From assembly GCF_964244095.1 (NCBI RefSeq), contig NZ_CAXTHR010000002.1, positions 1,645 through 65,644 on the forward strand: a stretch of 64,000 nucleotides of DNA, in the 5' to 3' direction. Both the position numbers and the translations under genes were made by a program. Of this stretch, positions 1-9,939 are shown in pieces. The DNA is from an uncultured Methylobacterium sp. GTDB lineage: Bacteria > Pseudomonadota > Alphaproteobacteria > Rhizobiales > Beijerinckiaceae. Below the pieces are notes generated by a model, which did not search any database, was not told where the DNA came from, and saw only the letters and a list, made by a program, of their open reading frames with translations. Every line of letters starts with the position of its first letter. The first letter of the stretch is position 1.

Positions 1-354
1 TACCGCAGCGGCACGGTCTCCTCCGGCCAGGTCGAGATCCTGCGCGACGTGCAGAGCGAGGTGCGCGGCCGCGACGTGCTGCTGGTCGACGACATCCTCG
101 AATCCGGCCGCACCGTCGTCTTCGCCAAGGACCTGCTGATGGCCCGCGGCGCCAAGCGCGTGCTCACCGCGGTGCTGCTGGAAAAACCCGGAAAGCGCGC
201 GGTGACGATCGACGCCGACTTCGTCGGCTTCACCTGCCCGGACGCCTTCGTCGTCGGCTACGGCATGGACGCGGCCCACGCCTTCCGGCAACTGCCCTTC
301 GTCGGCGTCGTCGATTACGACAGCCCCGACCCCGACCTGTTCGGGGGCGCCTGA
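1..354 (+). CDS. hpt: hypoxanthine phosphoribosyltransferase, C-terminal part (5' end lies outside the window)
   Basis: Frame 1 is open from base 1. It contains the PRPP-binding loop VLLVDDILESGRT and the C-terminal FVVGYGMD..LPF.GV motif typical of 6-oxopurine PRTases. Confidence 0.85.
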   Translation, partial: YRSGTVSSGQVEILRDVQSEVRGRDVLLVDDILESGRTVVFAKDLLMARGAKRVLTAVLLEKPGKRAVTIDADFVGFTCPDAFVVGYGMDAAHAFRQLPFVGVVDYDSPDPDLFGGA

Positions 355-505
355 CGCGGCGGGAGACGCGGCATTTTCGCGACCGAGGGAAGCGGGCGGG
401 CCTTCCGCCGAGACAGATCTTGACAGGCCGCCGTGCATTCAGGCGACTTTCCCCACAGGATGAACTAGAAGGTTTCTCCCGACCCGAAAGGCGATCACGG
501 ACGAC

Positions 506-871
506 ATGGCGCGCATCCTCCTGGTGGATGACGAAGAGACGGTCAGGGGCTTCCTCAAGCGGGGTCTGGAGATCGACGGCCACGCCGTCGTCACGGCGAT
601 CGACGGCAGCGACGGGCTCGACCGGCTCAACGAGGCGGAGGGCGGCTTCGACCTGATGCTCACCGACATCCGGATGCCGCTGATGGACGGCATTGCGCTG
701 GCGCTCGCCGCCAAGCGCGACTTCCCCGACCTGACGATCCTGCTGATGACGGGCTTCGCTGACCAGCGCGAGCGCGCCCGCGGCCTCGACGCCATCGTCA
801 CCGACGTGCTGACCAAGCCGTTCTCGCTCGCCGACCTCCGCGCCACCGTGAGCCGGGCACTCGCCGCCTGA
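506..871 (+). CDS. cpdR: single-domain CheY-like response regulator, CpdR type
   Basis: 121-aa receiver domain only (ILLVDDE...DLMLTDIRMPLMDG...LLMTGF...TKPF). The length and motifs match alphaproteobacterial CpdR. Confidence 0.7.
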   Translation: MARILLVDDEETVRGFLKRGLEIDGHAVVTAIDGSDGLDRLNEAEGGFDLMLTDIRMPLMDGIALALAAKRDFPDLTILLMTGFADQRERARGLDAIVTDVLTKPFSLADLRATVSRALAA

Positions 872-955
872 GGCGGGCCCCGCGAGCCGTGACGGATCGC
901 GGCGCGGGGCCTCGGCGGCACGGGGCGGGTCGCGCGCCCTCCGGTTATGGCCAGC

Positions 956-1825
956 TCAGGCTGCGCGGATCGCGGCCGCCACGGCATCCGGGTATTCCTC
1001 GTGCGGGCTGAGCGCGCCCGGCACCGGCCGGCCCGAGACTTGGCTGTGCGAGACCCGGCCGGCGGCGATCAGCGCGTCCATCTCGGCGCCGGAGCGGCGC
1101 GGCGCGCGCTCCGGGCGCAGCACTAGCACCGGCGGCAGGCCGTCGCCGAACAGGTCGAGGAAGGCGGCGCGCGTCGCCACCGGGTCGAGCCCGCCGGTGA
1201 CGAAGGCCGCGGTGCCGAAGCGCGCGCCGGGCTGGCGGGTGACCGCGTGCTTGTCGGCCACCAGCGCCGCGGTGACGTGGCCGGGATCGGCGTAGACGTG
1301 GGCGCGCAGCATCCGCCCGATCACCCTGGGCCGGATGTTGAGGGCGTAGAGCGCGTCGCCGATGAGCGGCGCCTCGACGGCGCGGCGGATCGCCGTGAAC
1401 AGGCTCCGGCGCTCCGGCCCCATCGCGGTCGGCAGCGGGCCGCGCCACGTCGGCGCCACCAGCACGAGCGCCCGGAACGCGTCCGGGTGCCGGCGGGCGG
1501 CGGCTGCGAGGTAGCCCGCCCCGTGGCCGGCCGCGATCCCCAGCGCGTAGGGGCCGGGCGCGGCGGCGAGAAGCGCGTCGAGGAAGGCGTGCAGGGTCTC
1601 GGGCGTCAGCAGCAGCCGCGCCCGGGGATGGGCGCCGAAGCCCGGCCAGTCCGGGATCAGGCAGCGATGGTCACTGAGCGCGGCGGCGAGCCCGCGCATC
1701 TCGGCGCGGGACGAGATCGTCGAGAGCGCCGGCAGCAGCAGGGTCTCCGGGCCCTGCCCGGCGACGTCGCAGGGCGTCGGCACGGCGCGGCCGGCGACGA
1801 CGAGAGCGAGGGTGCGGGTCTCCAT
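956..1825 (-). CDS. alpha/beta-fold hydrolase
   Basis: Start taken at the internal ATG (METRTLALVV), 22 nt downstream of the dapD stop. The sequence has a PDWPGFG oxyanion region and hydrolase-like architecture. The longer ORF to 1897 would overlap dapD. Confidence 0.65.
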   Translation of the reverse strand: METRTLALVVAGRAVPTPCDVAGQGPETLLLPALSTISSRAEMRGLAAALSDHRCLIPDWPGFGAHPRARLLLTPETLHAFLDALLAAAPGPYALGIAAGHGAGYLAAAARRHPDAFRALVLVAPTWRGPLPTAMGPERRSLFTAIRRAVEAPLIGDALYALNIRPRVIGRMLRAHVYADPGHVTAALVADKHAVTRQPGARFGTAAFVTGGLDPVATRAAFLDLFGDGLPPVLVLRPERAPRRSGAEMDALIAAGRVSHSQVSGRPVPGALSPHEEYPDAVAAAIRAA

Positions 1826-1847
1826 CGGCAGCGATCGTCCCGGACGC

Positions 1848-2690
1848 TCAGGTGCGCAGCAGGTCGTTGATGGCGGTCTTGGCGCGGGTGCCGGCATCGA
1901 CGCGCTTGACGATGACGGCGCAGTACAGCCCCGGACCGGGCGAACCGTCCGGCAGCGCCCTGCCCGGCATCGTGCCCGAGACGACGACCGAGTAGGGCGG
2001 CACGCGGCCGTAGAACACCTCGCCGGTGGTGCGGTCGACGATGCGGGTCGAGGCGCCGATGTAGACGCCCATCGAGAGCACGCTGCCCTCGCCGACGATC
2101 ACCCCCTCCGCGACCTCGGCCCGCGCGCCGACGAAGCAGTTGTCCTCGATGATGACGGGGTTGGCCTGGAGCGGCTCCAGCACCCCGGCGATACCGGCGC
2201 CGCCCGAGATGTGGCAGTTCTCCCCGACCTGCGCGCAGGAGCCGATCGTCACCCAGGTGTCGACCATCGTGCCGGCGCCGACCCGCGCGCCGAGGTTGAC
2301 GAACGAGGGCATCAGGATCGCGCCCGGCGCGATGAAGGCGCCGCGGCGCACGAAGCAGCCGGGCACGGCGCGGAAGCCGCCCGCACGGAACTCGGCCTCG
2401 GTCCAGCCTTCGAACTTCGAGGGCACCTTGTCCCACCACGGCGCCCCGCCGGGGCCGCCGGGGATCGGCACCATGTCGTTGAGGCGGAACGACAGCAGCA
2501 CCGCCTTCTTCAGCCACTGGTTGACCACCCAGGCGCCGTCGAGCTTCTCGGCGACGCGGGCCGCACCGGAATCGAGCAGCGCCAGCGCCGCCTCGACCGC
2601 CTCGCGCACGGGGCCGCGGGTGGTGGTGTCGATGCCGGCACGCTCGTCCCAGGCGGATTCTATGGTCTGGGCGAGATCGGCGTGGGACAT
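1848..2690 (-). CDS. dapD: 2,3,4,5-tetrahydropyridine-2,6-dicarboxylate N-succinyltransferase
   Basis: 280-aa ORF with the DapD N-terminal domain ([14 protein letters not shown]) and hexapeptide-repeat left-handed beta-helix segments. Confidence 0.95.
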   Translation of the reverse strand: MSHADLAQTIESAWDERAGIDTTTRGPVREAVEAALALLDSGAARVAEKLDGAWVVNQWLKKAVLLSFRLNDMVPIPGGPGGAPWWDKVPSKFEGWTEAEFRAGGFRAVPGCFVRRGAFIAPGAILMPSFVNLGARVGAGTMVDTWVTIGSCAQVGENCHISGGAGIAGVLEPLQANPVIIEDNCFVGARAEVAEGVIVGEGSVLSMGVYIGASTRIVDRTTGEVFYGRVPPYSVVVSGTMPGRALPDGSPGPGLYCAVIVKRVDAGTRAKTAINDLLRT

Positions 2691-2850
2691 CGGGCGGTTC
2701 CGGGGACTTCGGCGTGGAAGGCCGTTGCTTACAAGCGGTGCCGCGGCCTGTCACCTGAGGCGAACCGGAAGCCGGATCGCGACGTGGAATGCGGCTTCCT
2801 GCCAAAGGCCGACGTTCGCATGCGCTCAGCCTGACGGCGGATAGGCTTCG

Positions 2851-3709
2851 CTACGCGGCGAGCTGCGCCGCGAGCATCGCCCGCACTTCGCCGATCAGCG
2901 CCGCTTCACCCTCCCGCGGTGGTAAAAGACTGAACTCGACCTCGGGCAGTCGCGGCAGGTGTCGCATTGACCGGCATATGGCCGCCCCGGCAGGGATAGC
3001 GGACGTGTTGAGGCACGCGATGCCCAAGCCCGCCACGACGGCCGATTGCAGCCCCGCGACGCCCGAGGCGGAGTGCGCGATCACGTAAGGGACGCCCTGC
3101 GCCTCCAACACCTGCCGGACGAACCGTTGCAGCGAGCAGCCCTCCGGCAGAACCAGGAGGGGCAGCGGGTCTTGCGTCGACGGCTCGAAGCCGACGCCAG
3201 CGATCCAGTTCAAGGGCTCCCGCCTGACCGGTATGCCCTCCGGCAGGCTCCGCCCGTCGAGGATTCGCATCGAGAGTCCGAGATCGAACCCGCACCCCGG
3301 CGTCTCTTGCTCGATCTGCAGGCTCTTGCGCACGGTGACGTGCAGGCGCAGCCGGGGATAGCGGGCCTGGAGCTGCTTCAGCATGTCGGCGACCGCGTCC
3401 GGGCGGAAATAATCGGTGATCGCGAGGCGCAGTTCACCGACCAAGTTCACGCCGCGCATGTCCTCCAGCGCGCGGTCGCTCAGGTCCAGCAGCGCGCGCG
3501 TGGCGCAGCAGCCGCTCCCCGGCCGGCGTCGGGCTCACGCCCCTCTTGCCGCGATGCAGCAGTGCGATGCCGGTGAACGCTTCGAGCTTGGCGAGTTGCT
3601 CGCTCACCGCCGATTGCGATCGGCAGAGATGCGGCGCCGCTGCCGAGAGGCTACCCGCCTCGCTCACGGCGACCAACGTCCGCAGATGCTCGAGATCGAA
3701 AGGGCGCAT
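2851..3709 (-). pseudogene. LysR-family transcriptional regulator, split by a frameshift
   Basis: The HTH half (MRPFDLEHLRTLVAVSEAGSLSAAA...PAGERLLRHAR, ATG at 3709) and the effector-binding half (ALLDLSDRALEDMRGVNLVGELRLAI... to 2851) lie in different frames. The frames switch inside the (CG)n run at 3493-3501. Confidence 0.75.
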
Positions 3710-3815
3710 GAGAATCCAACGGTTTTTCCGAAGTGTTTTATCAGATCTTCCTGCTTTTCCGAAATCGTCTGCGTGAGCATCCTGTCCTCCCGCAATGCAC
3801 GCCACAGAGGCGACC

Positions 3816-4208
3816 ATGCCCGGTATCATTCTGAAACTGTCCGGCGAGCCCAACCTGGATCTCGTCCGCCGTATCGTTCCGCAGATCACGGCGCTCACAT
3901 GCGCCGTCCTGGAGAAGCGGCCCGAGCAGACGCTCGTCATGCTCCAGTTCGTCCCACACGATCACTGGTTCATCGACAATCGCTCTCTGATCGAGCATGG
4001 CCGAAACTCCTTCCGCCTGGAGGTCACGATCACCGACGAGACCAACACTAAGGTTCAGAAGGCGCGCTACCACCGCGAGGTCTTCGCCCTGCTGTCCGAC
4101 CTGATCGGCAACCTGCACCAGCATTCCAGCGTTCACCTCGTAGATTGCCGCGCTGCCACGTATGGCTATGGCGGCCTGACGCAGGAATTCCGGCATCAGC
4201 GTGCCTGA
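3816..4208 (+). CDS. tautomerase-superfamily (4-oxalocrotonate tautomerase-like) protein
   Basis: 130-aa ORF. Start chosen at MPGIILKL, which gives the N-terminal Pro after Met that characterises the tautomerase superfamily. It is divergent from the LysR gene. Confidence 0.5.
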   Translation: MPGIILKLSGEPNLDLVRRIVPQITALTCAVLEKRPEQTLVMLQFVPHDHWFIDNRSLIEHGRNSFRLEVTITDETNTKVQKARYHREVFALLSDLIGNLHQHSSVHLVDCRAATYGYGGLTQEFRHQRA

Positions 4209-4402
4209 TCCCGTCTTCGATCGGGTCGGACAGGGATTCCTGTTTCCGCGCGGCGGCGGCCACTGCCGCGTCACGCGCGCTTTCATGGGCTGCGCGGAAC
4301 CGACGCGCGGGCGATCGGATTGCCGCCTGCAACAGGCTTCGCGCTCGCGCGTAGCCTTCGGCAGCGCGGATTTCGGGCGTGGGTGCGGAGCGACGGGGCG
4401 AC

Positions 4403-5449
4403 ATGAGACACAAGGCGTTGCGCGATCAGGTGATCGTCGTCACCGGGGCGTCCTCCGGCATCGGACTGGCGACCGTGCGCATGGCCGCCGAGCGCGGGGC
4501 CCGCGTAGTGCTCGCCGCCCGCAGCGGCGACGTGCTCGCGCAGGTGCAGGCCGAGATCGAGGGGGTGGGCGGCAAGGCCGTCCACGTCGTCGCCGACGTC
4601 GGCCGCCGCGCCGACGTCCAGGCGATCGCCGACAAGGCGGTCTCCGCGTTCGGCGGCTTCGACACCTGGGTCAACGTCGCGGGCCTGACCATCTACGGGC
4701 CGCTGCGCGACGTGTCGGACGAAGACAACACCCGCCTGCTGCAGACCAACCTCTGGGGCACGGTGTTCGGCTCGCTCGTCGCGGTCGAGCACCTGCGCAG
4801 GCGCGGCGGCGCGCTGATCAACCTCGGCAGCGTCGCCTCCGACCTCGCCTTCCCGTTCCAGGGCATGTACGCGGCGAGCAAGCACGCGGTGAAGGGCTTC
4901 ACCGACGCCCTGCGCATGGAACTGCTGGACGAGGGCGCGCCGGTCTCGGTGACGCTGGTCAAGCCGACCTCGATCGACACGCCGCTGCCGCAGCGGGCGC
5001 GCAACTACATGGATCGCGAGCCGACGCTGCCGCCGCCGGTCTACCGGCCGGAGGAGGTCGCCAACGCCATCCTGCACGCGGCGGTGCACCCGCAGCGCGA
5101 CATCGTCGTGGGCGGCGGCGGCAAGCTGTTCGTCGCGGCCAAGGAGTTCGCGCCCGGCGCCTACGACCTGCTCGCGCCGGCTATCATCGCCTTCCAGAAG
5201 CGCGGCGAGGCCCCCCGCGACCCGGCCGGCGCGCTCCACGCCCCGACCGGAGCCGGGCGGGTGCGGGGCAGCCAGCCGGGCTACGTCATGCGCACCAGTG
5301 CCTACACGCGGGCGAGCCTCCATCCCGTAGCCACCTCGGCGGCGGTGATCGGCCTCGGCCTCGTCGCGGCGCTGGCGGTCCTCGGCACGGGCAAGGCGAC
5401 GGATAAGGAGACCGGCCGTTCCCGACGCGGTCCCGGCCGCGCCTCCTGA
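4403..5449 (+). CDS. short-chain dehydrogenase/reductase with a C-terminal hydrophobic anchor
   Basis: Contains the TGASSGIG Rossmann motif, a NVAG segment and the YAASK catalytic motif, plus a C-terminal hydrophobic stretch AVIGLGLVAALAVLG. Start taken at MRHKAL. Confidence 0.85.
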   Translation: MRHKALRDQVIVVTGASSGIGLATVRMAAERGARVVLAARSGDVLAQVQAEIEGVGGKAVHVVADVGRRADVQAIADKAVSAFGGFDTWVNVAGLTIYGPLRDVSDEDNTRLLQTNLWGTVFGSLVAVEHLRRRGGALINLGSVASDLAFPFQGMYAASKHAVKGFTDALRMELLDEGAPVSVTLVKPTSIDTPLPQRARNYMDREPTLPPPVYRPEEVANAILHAAVHPQRDIVVGGGGKLFVAAKEFAPGAYDLLAPAIIAFQKRGEAPRDPAGALHAPTGAGRVRGSQPGYVMRTSAYTRASLHPVATSAAVIGLGLVAALAVLGTGKATDKETGRSRRGPGRAS

Positions 5450-5450
5450 G

Positions 5451-6347
5451 ATGACGGTCCCCACGGGCCACCGCATGGCCGACGCGCCCGGCCCGGTCCC
5501 GGACACGACGCGGACGGTGCCGCGAACGATCATCGACCTGCCCGGGGGCCGCACGATCGCCTATGCCGAGACCGGCACGGGGCCCGATCTCGTGGCGATC
5601 CACGGCACGCTGATGACCCTGGAGGACCCCTGGCTCGGGCCGGTGCCGGCACTGGCGCGGCACTTCCGGGTCGTCGCCGTCGACCGGCCGGGACACGGCC
5701 TGAGCGCGCGCGCCCGGTGGGGCGACGCCTCTGCCTGGCGCCAGGCCGAACTGATCCACGCGGCCGTGCAGGCGCTGGGCCTGCGGCGGCCGGTGATCCT
5801 CGGGCACTCCTTCGGCGCGGCCGTCGCGCTGGCCTACGGCCTGCGCTTCCCGGACGCGGTCGCCGGCGTCGTGGCGCTCGCCCCGGTCTGCTTCCCGGAA
5901 CCGCGCCTGGAGCAGATGCTGTTCGGCCCACGCGCGATGCCGGGGGGTGAGGCGCTGTCGGAGACCCTCGGCAAGGTCTCGGACCCGGCGCTGCTGCCGC
6001 TCCTATGGAACACGATGTTCCTGCCGCAGACCATGCCGGCAGCCTTCGCTGGCGCGTTCCCGTTCGGGCTCGCGGGCCGGCCGTCGCAGATCCGCGCCGA
6101 GGGCGAGGACGCGCTGGCCCTGTGGCCGGGCCTCGCCCGCAGCGCCGCGGCGTACCCGTCCTGCCGGGTGCCGGTGCGCATCCTGTGCGGCGATGCCGAC
6201 CTCGTGGTCAACACCCTGGCGCAGGGCGCCCTCGCGTCCCGGATGATCCCCGGCGCGCGCTTCGAGCGGCTGCCGGGCATCGGCCACATGCTGCACCACT
6301 TCCGGATCGATGCGGTGGTCGAGGCCGCCCGCGCGCTGGTCGCCTGA
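5451..6347 (+). CDS. alpha/beta hydrolase
   Basis: Contains VAVDRPGHGLS and the nucleophile elbow GHSFGA. The ATG lies 1 nt after the SDR stop (TGAGATG), which suggests co-transcription. Confidence 0.85.
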   Translation: MTVPTGHRMADAPGPVPDTTRTVPRTIIDLPGGRTIAYAETGTGPDLVAIHGTLMTLEDPWLGPVPALARHFRVVAVDRPGHGLSARARWGDASAWRQAELIHAAVQALGLRRPVILGHSFGAAVALAYGLRFPDAVAGVVALAPVCFPEPRLEQMLFGPRAMPGGEALSETLGKVSDPALLPLLWNTMFLPQTMPAAFAGAFPFGLAGRPSQIRAEGEDALALWPGLARSAAAYPSCRVPVRILCGDADLVVNTLAQGALASRMIPGARFERLPGIGHMLHHFRIDAVVEAARALVA

Positions 6348-6364
6348 GCCGGACCAGCATCGGC

Positions 6365-6817
6365 TCAGCCCGGCGCCAGCATCGCCCGCACCCGCTCCAG
6401 GCCGACGCTCAGCCCGGACAGGTCCTCGGCGAGCCCCGCGCGGATCTCGGCCGCCGCGTCCGGGAACTCTTCCAGCACGCGGCGCATCAGGGCGGGGGTG
6501 ATGCGCATCACCGCGGCCGGCTCTCGAGCCGTCGCGTCGCTCGGGCGCGCGCCGCGCACGAACAGCGCGAGCCGCCCGATCAGCGCGGAGGGGCCGGCGA
6601 TGACCGGCGCAGCACCCGCTACGCGCGGCGCCAGCGCGATCGTCCCCGACATCACCACGAAGCCGCCATCCGCCGGATCGCCGCGGGCGAACAGGACGTC
6701 GCCGGGGCGCAGGACGCGGCGCTCGGCAGCGAAGGTGAGCAGGCGCAGCGCGTCCTGCCCGAAGGATTCGAACACCGGTGCGGCGGCGAGGATCGCGATG
6801 TCGTCGTCGAGGCCCAA
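6365..6817 (-). CDS. cyclic-nucleotide-binding domain protein (single domain)
   Basis: 150 aa with a cNMP-binding-like beta-roll (PGDVLFARGDPADGGFVVMSG). No attached output domain. Confidence 0.65.
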   Translation of the reverse strand: MGLDDDIAILAAAPVFESFGQDALRLLTFAAERRVLRPGDVLFARGDPADGGFVVMSGTIALAPRVAGAAPVIAGPSALIGRLALFVRGARPSDATAREPAAVMRITPALMRRVLEEFPDAAAEIRAGLAEDLSGLSVGLERVRAMLAPG

Positions 6818-6951
6818 CGCGCGCCGCCTTCCTGAACCCGGTCCGATCCCGGTTGCTTACCCGACCGGGACGTGCCTTGGAACGGCCTCGGCGCGCGGCG
6901 GACCCGAACCGGCTGGGCGAGCCGTGCCCCGCCGCGACGCGCACGCCGCTT

Positions 6952-7638
6952 TCAGGGCAGCAGCTTGTAGCCGCCGCCCTCGGTGACGAGGATCGCGGCG
7001 AGGCCCGGGTTCGGCTCGATCTTCTGACGCAGGCGATAGATGTGGGTTTCGAGCGTGTGGGTGGTGACGTGGGCGTTGTAGCCCCAGACCTCGGCGAGCA
7101 GCGTGTCGCGGGCCACCACCGTGCGGCCGGCGCGGTAGAGGAAGCGCAGGATCGCGGTCTCCTTCTCGGTGAGCTTCAGCTTCGAGCCGCGCTCGCCGAC
7201 GAGCAGCTTCGCGCCCGGCCGGAAGGTGTAGGGGCCGATCTGGAAGATCGCGTCCTCGGACGCCTCGTGGCTGCGCAGGTGCGCGCGGATGCGGGCCAGG
7301 AGGATCGCGAACTTGAACGGCTTGGTGACGTAGTCGTTGGCGCCGGCCTCCAGGCCCTCGACGGTGTCGGCCTCGGAATCCTGCGCGGTCAGCATGATGA
7401 CCGGGCCCTTGAAGCCGTTGCGCCGCATCAGGCGCACCGCCTCGCGCCCGTCCATGTCCGGCAGGCCAACATCCATCACCGCGAGGTCGATCCGCTCCTG
7501 CCCGACGCGGGCGATGGCGCCGCCGGCATCGACCTCGGCGACCACCGTGAACTCCTCGCAGAGGTCGAGCTGCTCGGTCAGGGTCTCGCGCAGGATCGCG
7601 TCGTCGTCGCAGATGAGCAGGCGGTAGGCGTTGGACAT
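6952..7638 (-). CDS. OmpR/PhoB-family response regulator (CenR-like)
   Basis: Start at MSNAYRLLICDDD. It has a receiver domain (DLAVMDVGLPDMDG, TKPF) and a winged-helix domain (LTEKE...THTLETHIYRLRQKI...GGY). No sensor kinase gene is adjacent. Confidence 0.9.
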   Translation of the reverse strand: MSNAYRLLICDDDAILRETLTEQLDLCEEFTVVAEVDAGGAIARVGQERIDLAVMDVGLPDMDGREAVRLMRRNGFKGPVIMLTAQDSEADTVEGLEAGANDYVTKPFKFAILLARIRAHLRSHEASEDAIFQIGPYTFRPGAKLLVGERGSKLKLTEKETAILRFLYRAGRTVVARDTLLAEVWGYNAHVTTHTLETHIYRLRQKIEPNPGLAAILVTEGGGYKLLP

Positions 7639-7915
7639 CGTCCGTGGGACTCTTCGGCTGAGCACGTCGGAAACGGATCGTGCCCCGGAGGTCCGGCGCG
7701 GCGGGCGATCTCGCTCCCCAAAAACCCGGTGTTCTTCTGTCGCGGGCATACGCACCGGAATCGTGTGCTTTTCGCGGCCGGGACTCGGCGCGTACCCACG
7801 TGTCCGGACGCTCCGGCGTCGTCGCGGACCGCGCCACGCCGATGCGTGGCGATCCGGTGGTGATCGCCGCGGCCGGCCGTGGCAAGCCGGCATCCGGCCC
7901 GTCGCGCGAAAACCC

Positions 7916-8482
7916 ATGACACAACGTCCGATTCAGCCACGAACGACCAAGGCCAAGACCCTGTCCCGCCTGCGGGTGCATCCGCGGGTCGGCGACCGGC
8001 GCAAGGGCCTGATGCAGGCGGGCGGCGCCGTGATCCCCTGCGCGCTCGGCGGCGGCGGCATCGTCCAGGTCAAGCGCGAGGGCGACGGCGGCTCGCCGCG
8101 CGGGCGCTTCCGCCTGCGCGGGGGGGCGTACCGGCCCGACCGGTTCGGGTGCCGGCCCGCCACCGCGCTGCCCCTGCGCCCGACCGCGCCCGGCGACGGC
8201 TGGTGCGACGACGCCCGCGACCGCCGCTACAACCGGCCGATCGCCCTGCCCGCGCCCGGCGTCGGCGCGGAGGCGCTGTGGCGCCAGGACGGTCTCTACG
8301 ACGTGGTGATCGACCTCGACCACAACCGCGGCCCGATCCGCCCCGGCCGCGGCTCGGCGATCTTCCTGCACATCGCCCGGCCGGGCCACGCGCCGACCGA
8401 GGGCTGCGTCGCGCTGAAGCGCGACGACCTGCTGCGGCTGCTGCGGCGGCTCGGGCCGCGGACGCACCTCCTCATCGTCTGA
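7916..8482 (+). CDS. L,D-transpeptidase catalytic-domain (YkuD-like) protein
   Basis: Start at MTQRPIQ. Active-site motif FLHIARPGHAPTEGCVAL (H...TxGC). Confidence 0.7.
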   Translation: MTQRPIQPRTTKAKTLSRLRVHPRVGDRRKGLMQAGGAVIPCALGGGGIVQVKREGDGGSPRGRFRLRGGAYRPDRFGCRPATALPLRPTAPGDGWCDDARDRRYNRPIALPAPGVGAEALWRQDGLYDVVIDLDHNRGPIRPGRGSAIFLHIARPGHAPTEGCVALKRDDLLRLLRRLGPRTHLLIV

Positions 8483-8489
8483 GAGCCGT

Positions 8490-9803
8490 TCACCCCGCCG
8501 CCGGCACCGCAGCGGGGACTTCGTCCCGCCGCGGCGGCGCCAGCGTCAGGATCAGCGCCGCCGCGACGAGGCAGAGCGCGCCGGCGACGAAGAACGCCGG
8601 GAGGTAGCTCTGCAGCTCGGTGCGCGACAGGCCAGCGCCGAAGGCTGCCGCCGCCGCGCCGAGCTGGTGCCCGGCAAACACCCAGCCGAACACCACGTTG
8701 GCGCGCTCGCGCCCGAAGCGTTGTGCCGCGAGCTTCACCGTCGGCGGCACGGTGGCGATCCAGTCGAGGCCGTAGAACACGGCAAACACCGACAGGCCGG
8801 CAAACGAGAAGTCCGAGAACGGCAGGCACAACAGCGAGAGCCCGCGCAGGCCGTAGTACCAGAACAGGAGCCAGCGGTTGTCGTAGCGGTCCGACAGCCA
8901 GCCCGAGGCGACGGTGCCGACGAAATCGAACACCCCCATCCCGGCGAGCACGCTCGCCGCCTGCACCGGGCGCAGGCCGTAATCGGCGCAGAGCGGGATG
9001 AAGTGGGTCTGGATCAGCCCGTTGGTGCTCGCGCCGCAGATGAAGAAGGTGGCAAACAGCACCCAGAACACGTTCGTGCGCGCGGCCTCGCGCAAAGCCG
9101 CGACGGCGCCGACGGCGGGGCCCTTCGGGGCCTGCGCCGTGCCGCGCGTCTCGCCGTAGGGCAGCAGGCCGACATCCTCCGGCCGGTCGCGCAGCAGCAG
9201 GAACACCGCCGCGGCGGCGAGGCCGAGCAGCCCGCAGATGGTGAGCAAGGCCGCGCGCCAGCCGAGCGCCTCGGTGAGCGCGGCCAGGATCGGCAGCACG
9301 ATGAGCTGCCCGGTGGCCGAACTCGCGGTCAGCAGGCCGACGACGAGCCCGCGCGATCGCGAGAACCAGCGCGTCGCCACCGTCGCGCCGAGCACCAGCG
9401 CGGTGAGCCCGGTGCCGATGCCGACCACCACGCCCCAGAGCAGGATGAGCTGCCACAGCCGGGTCATGGCGAGCGAGGCGAGCAGGCCCGAGGCGATCAG
9501 CGCCAGCGCCGCGAGCACGATCCGGCGCGGGCCGTAAGCGTTCATCAGGGCGGCGGCGAACGGCCCCATCAGCCCGAACAGCACGAGGCGGATGGCCAGC
9601 GCCGAGGAGATCGCGGCGGTGTCCCAGCCGAACTCCTGCTGGAGCGGCAGGATCAGCACGCCCGGCGCGCCGACGGCACCCGCCGTGACCAGCATGGTGA
9701 GGAAGGTGACGGCGGCCGCGACCCAGCCGTAATGGACGTTCCGGCGGGCGAGGAAGCCGGCGAGGTGAGCGGACACGGCCGTCGACGGGCTGGTTGCGAT
9801 CAT
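8490..9803 (-). CDS. MFS transporter
   Basis: About 438 aa, about 12 hydrophobic segments, and a two-fold repeat architecture. Start taken at MIATSPS. Confidence 0.8.
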   Translation of the reverse strand: MIATSPSTAVSAHLAGFLARRNVHYGWVAAAVTFLTMLVTAGAVGAPGVLILPLQQEFGWDTAAISSALAIRLVLFGLMGPFAAALMNAYGPRRIVLAALALIASGLLASLAMTRLWQLILLWGVVVGIGTGLTALVLGATVATRWFSRSRGLVVGLLTASSATGQLIVLPILAALTEALGWRAALLTICGLLGLAAAAVFLLLRDRPEDVGLLPYGETRGTAQAPKGPAVGAVAALREAARTNVFWVLFATFFICGASTNGLIQTHFIPLCADYGLRPVQAASVLAGMGVFDFVGTVASGWLSDRYDNRWLLFWYYGLRGLSLLCLPFSDFSFAGLSVFAVFYGLDWIATVPPTVKLAAQRFGRERANVVFGWVFAGHQLGAAAAAFGAGLSRTELQSYLPAFFVAGALCLVAAALILTLAPPRRDEVPAAVPAAG

Positions 9804-9939
9804 CAGCGACCTCGGTTCCCTCAGCGCGTTCCGCGGGAGGCCGGCATAGGCACACTTTAAGCCGCCGACGCCAAGGGGGCCGTTCCGAATTCCGGGCCGG
9901 TCCGCCCTGCGAACCCCGATCGATCGCTCCGCGAACCGG

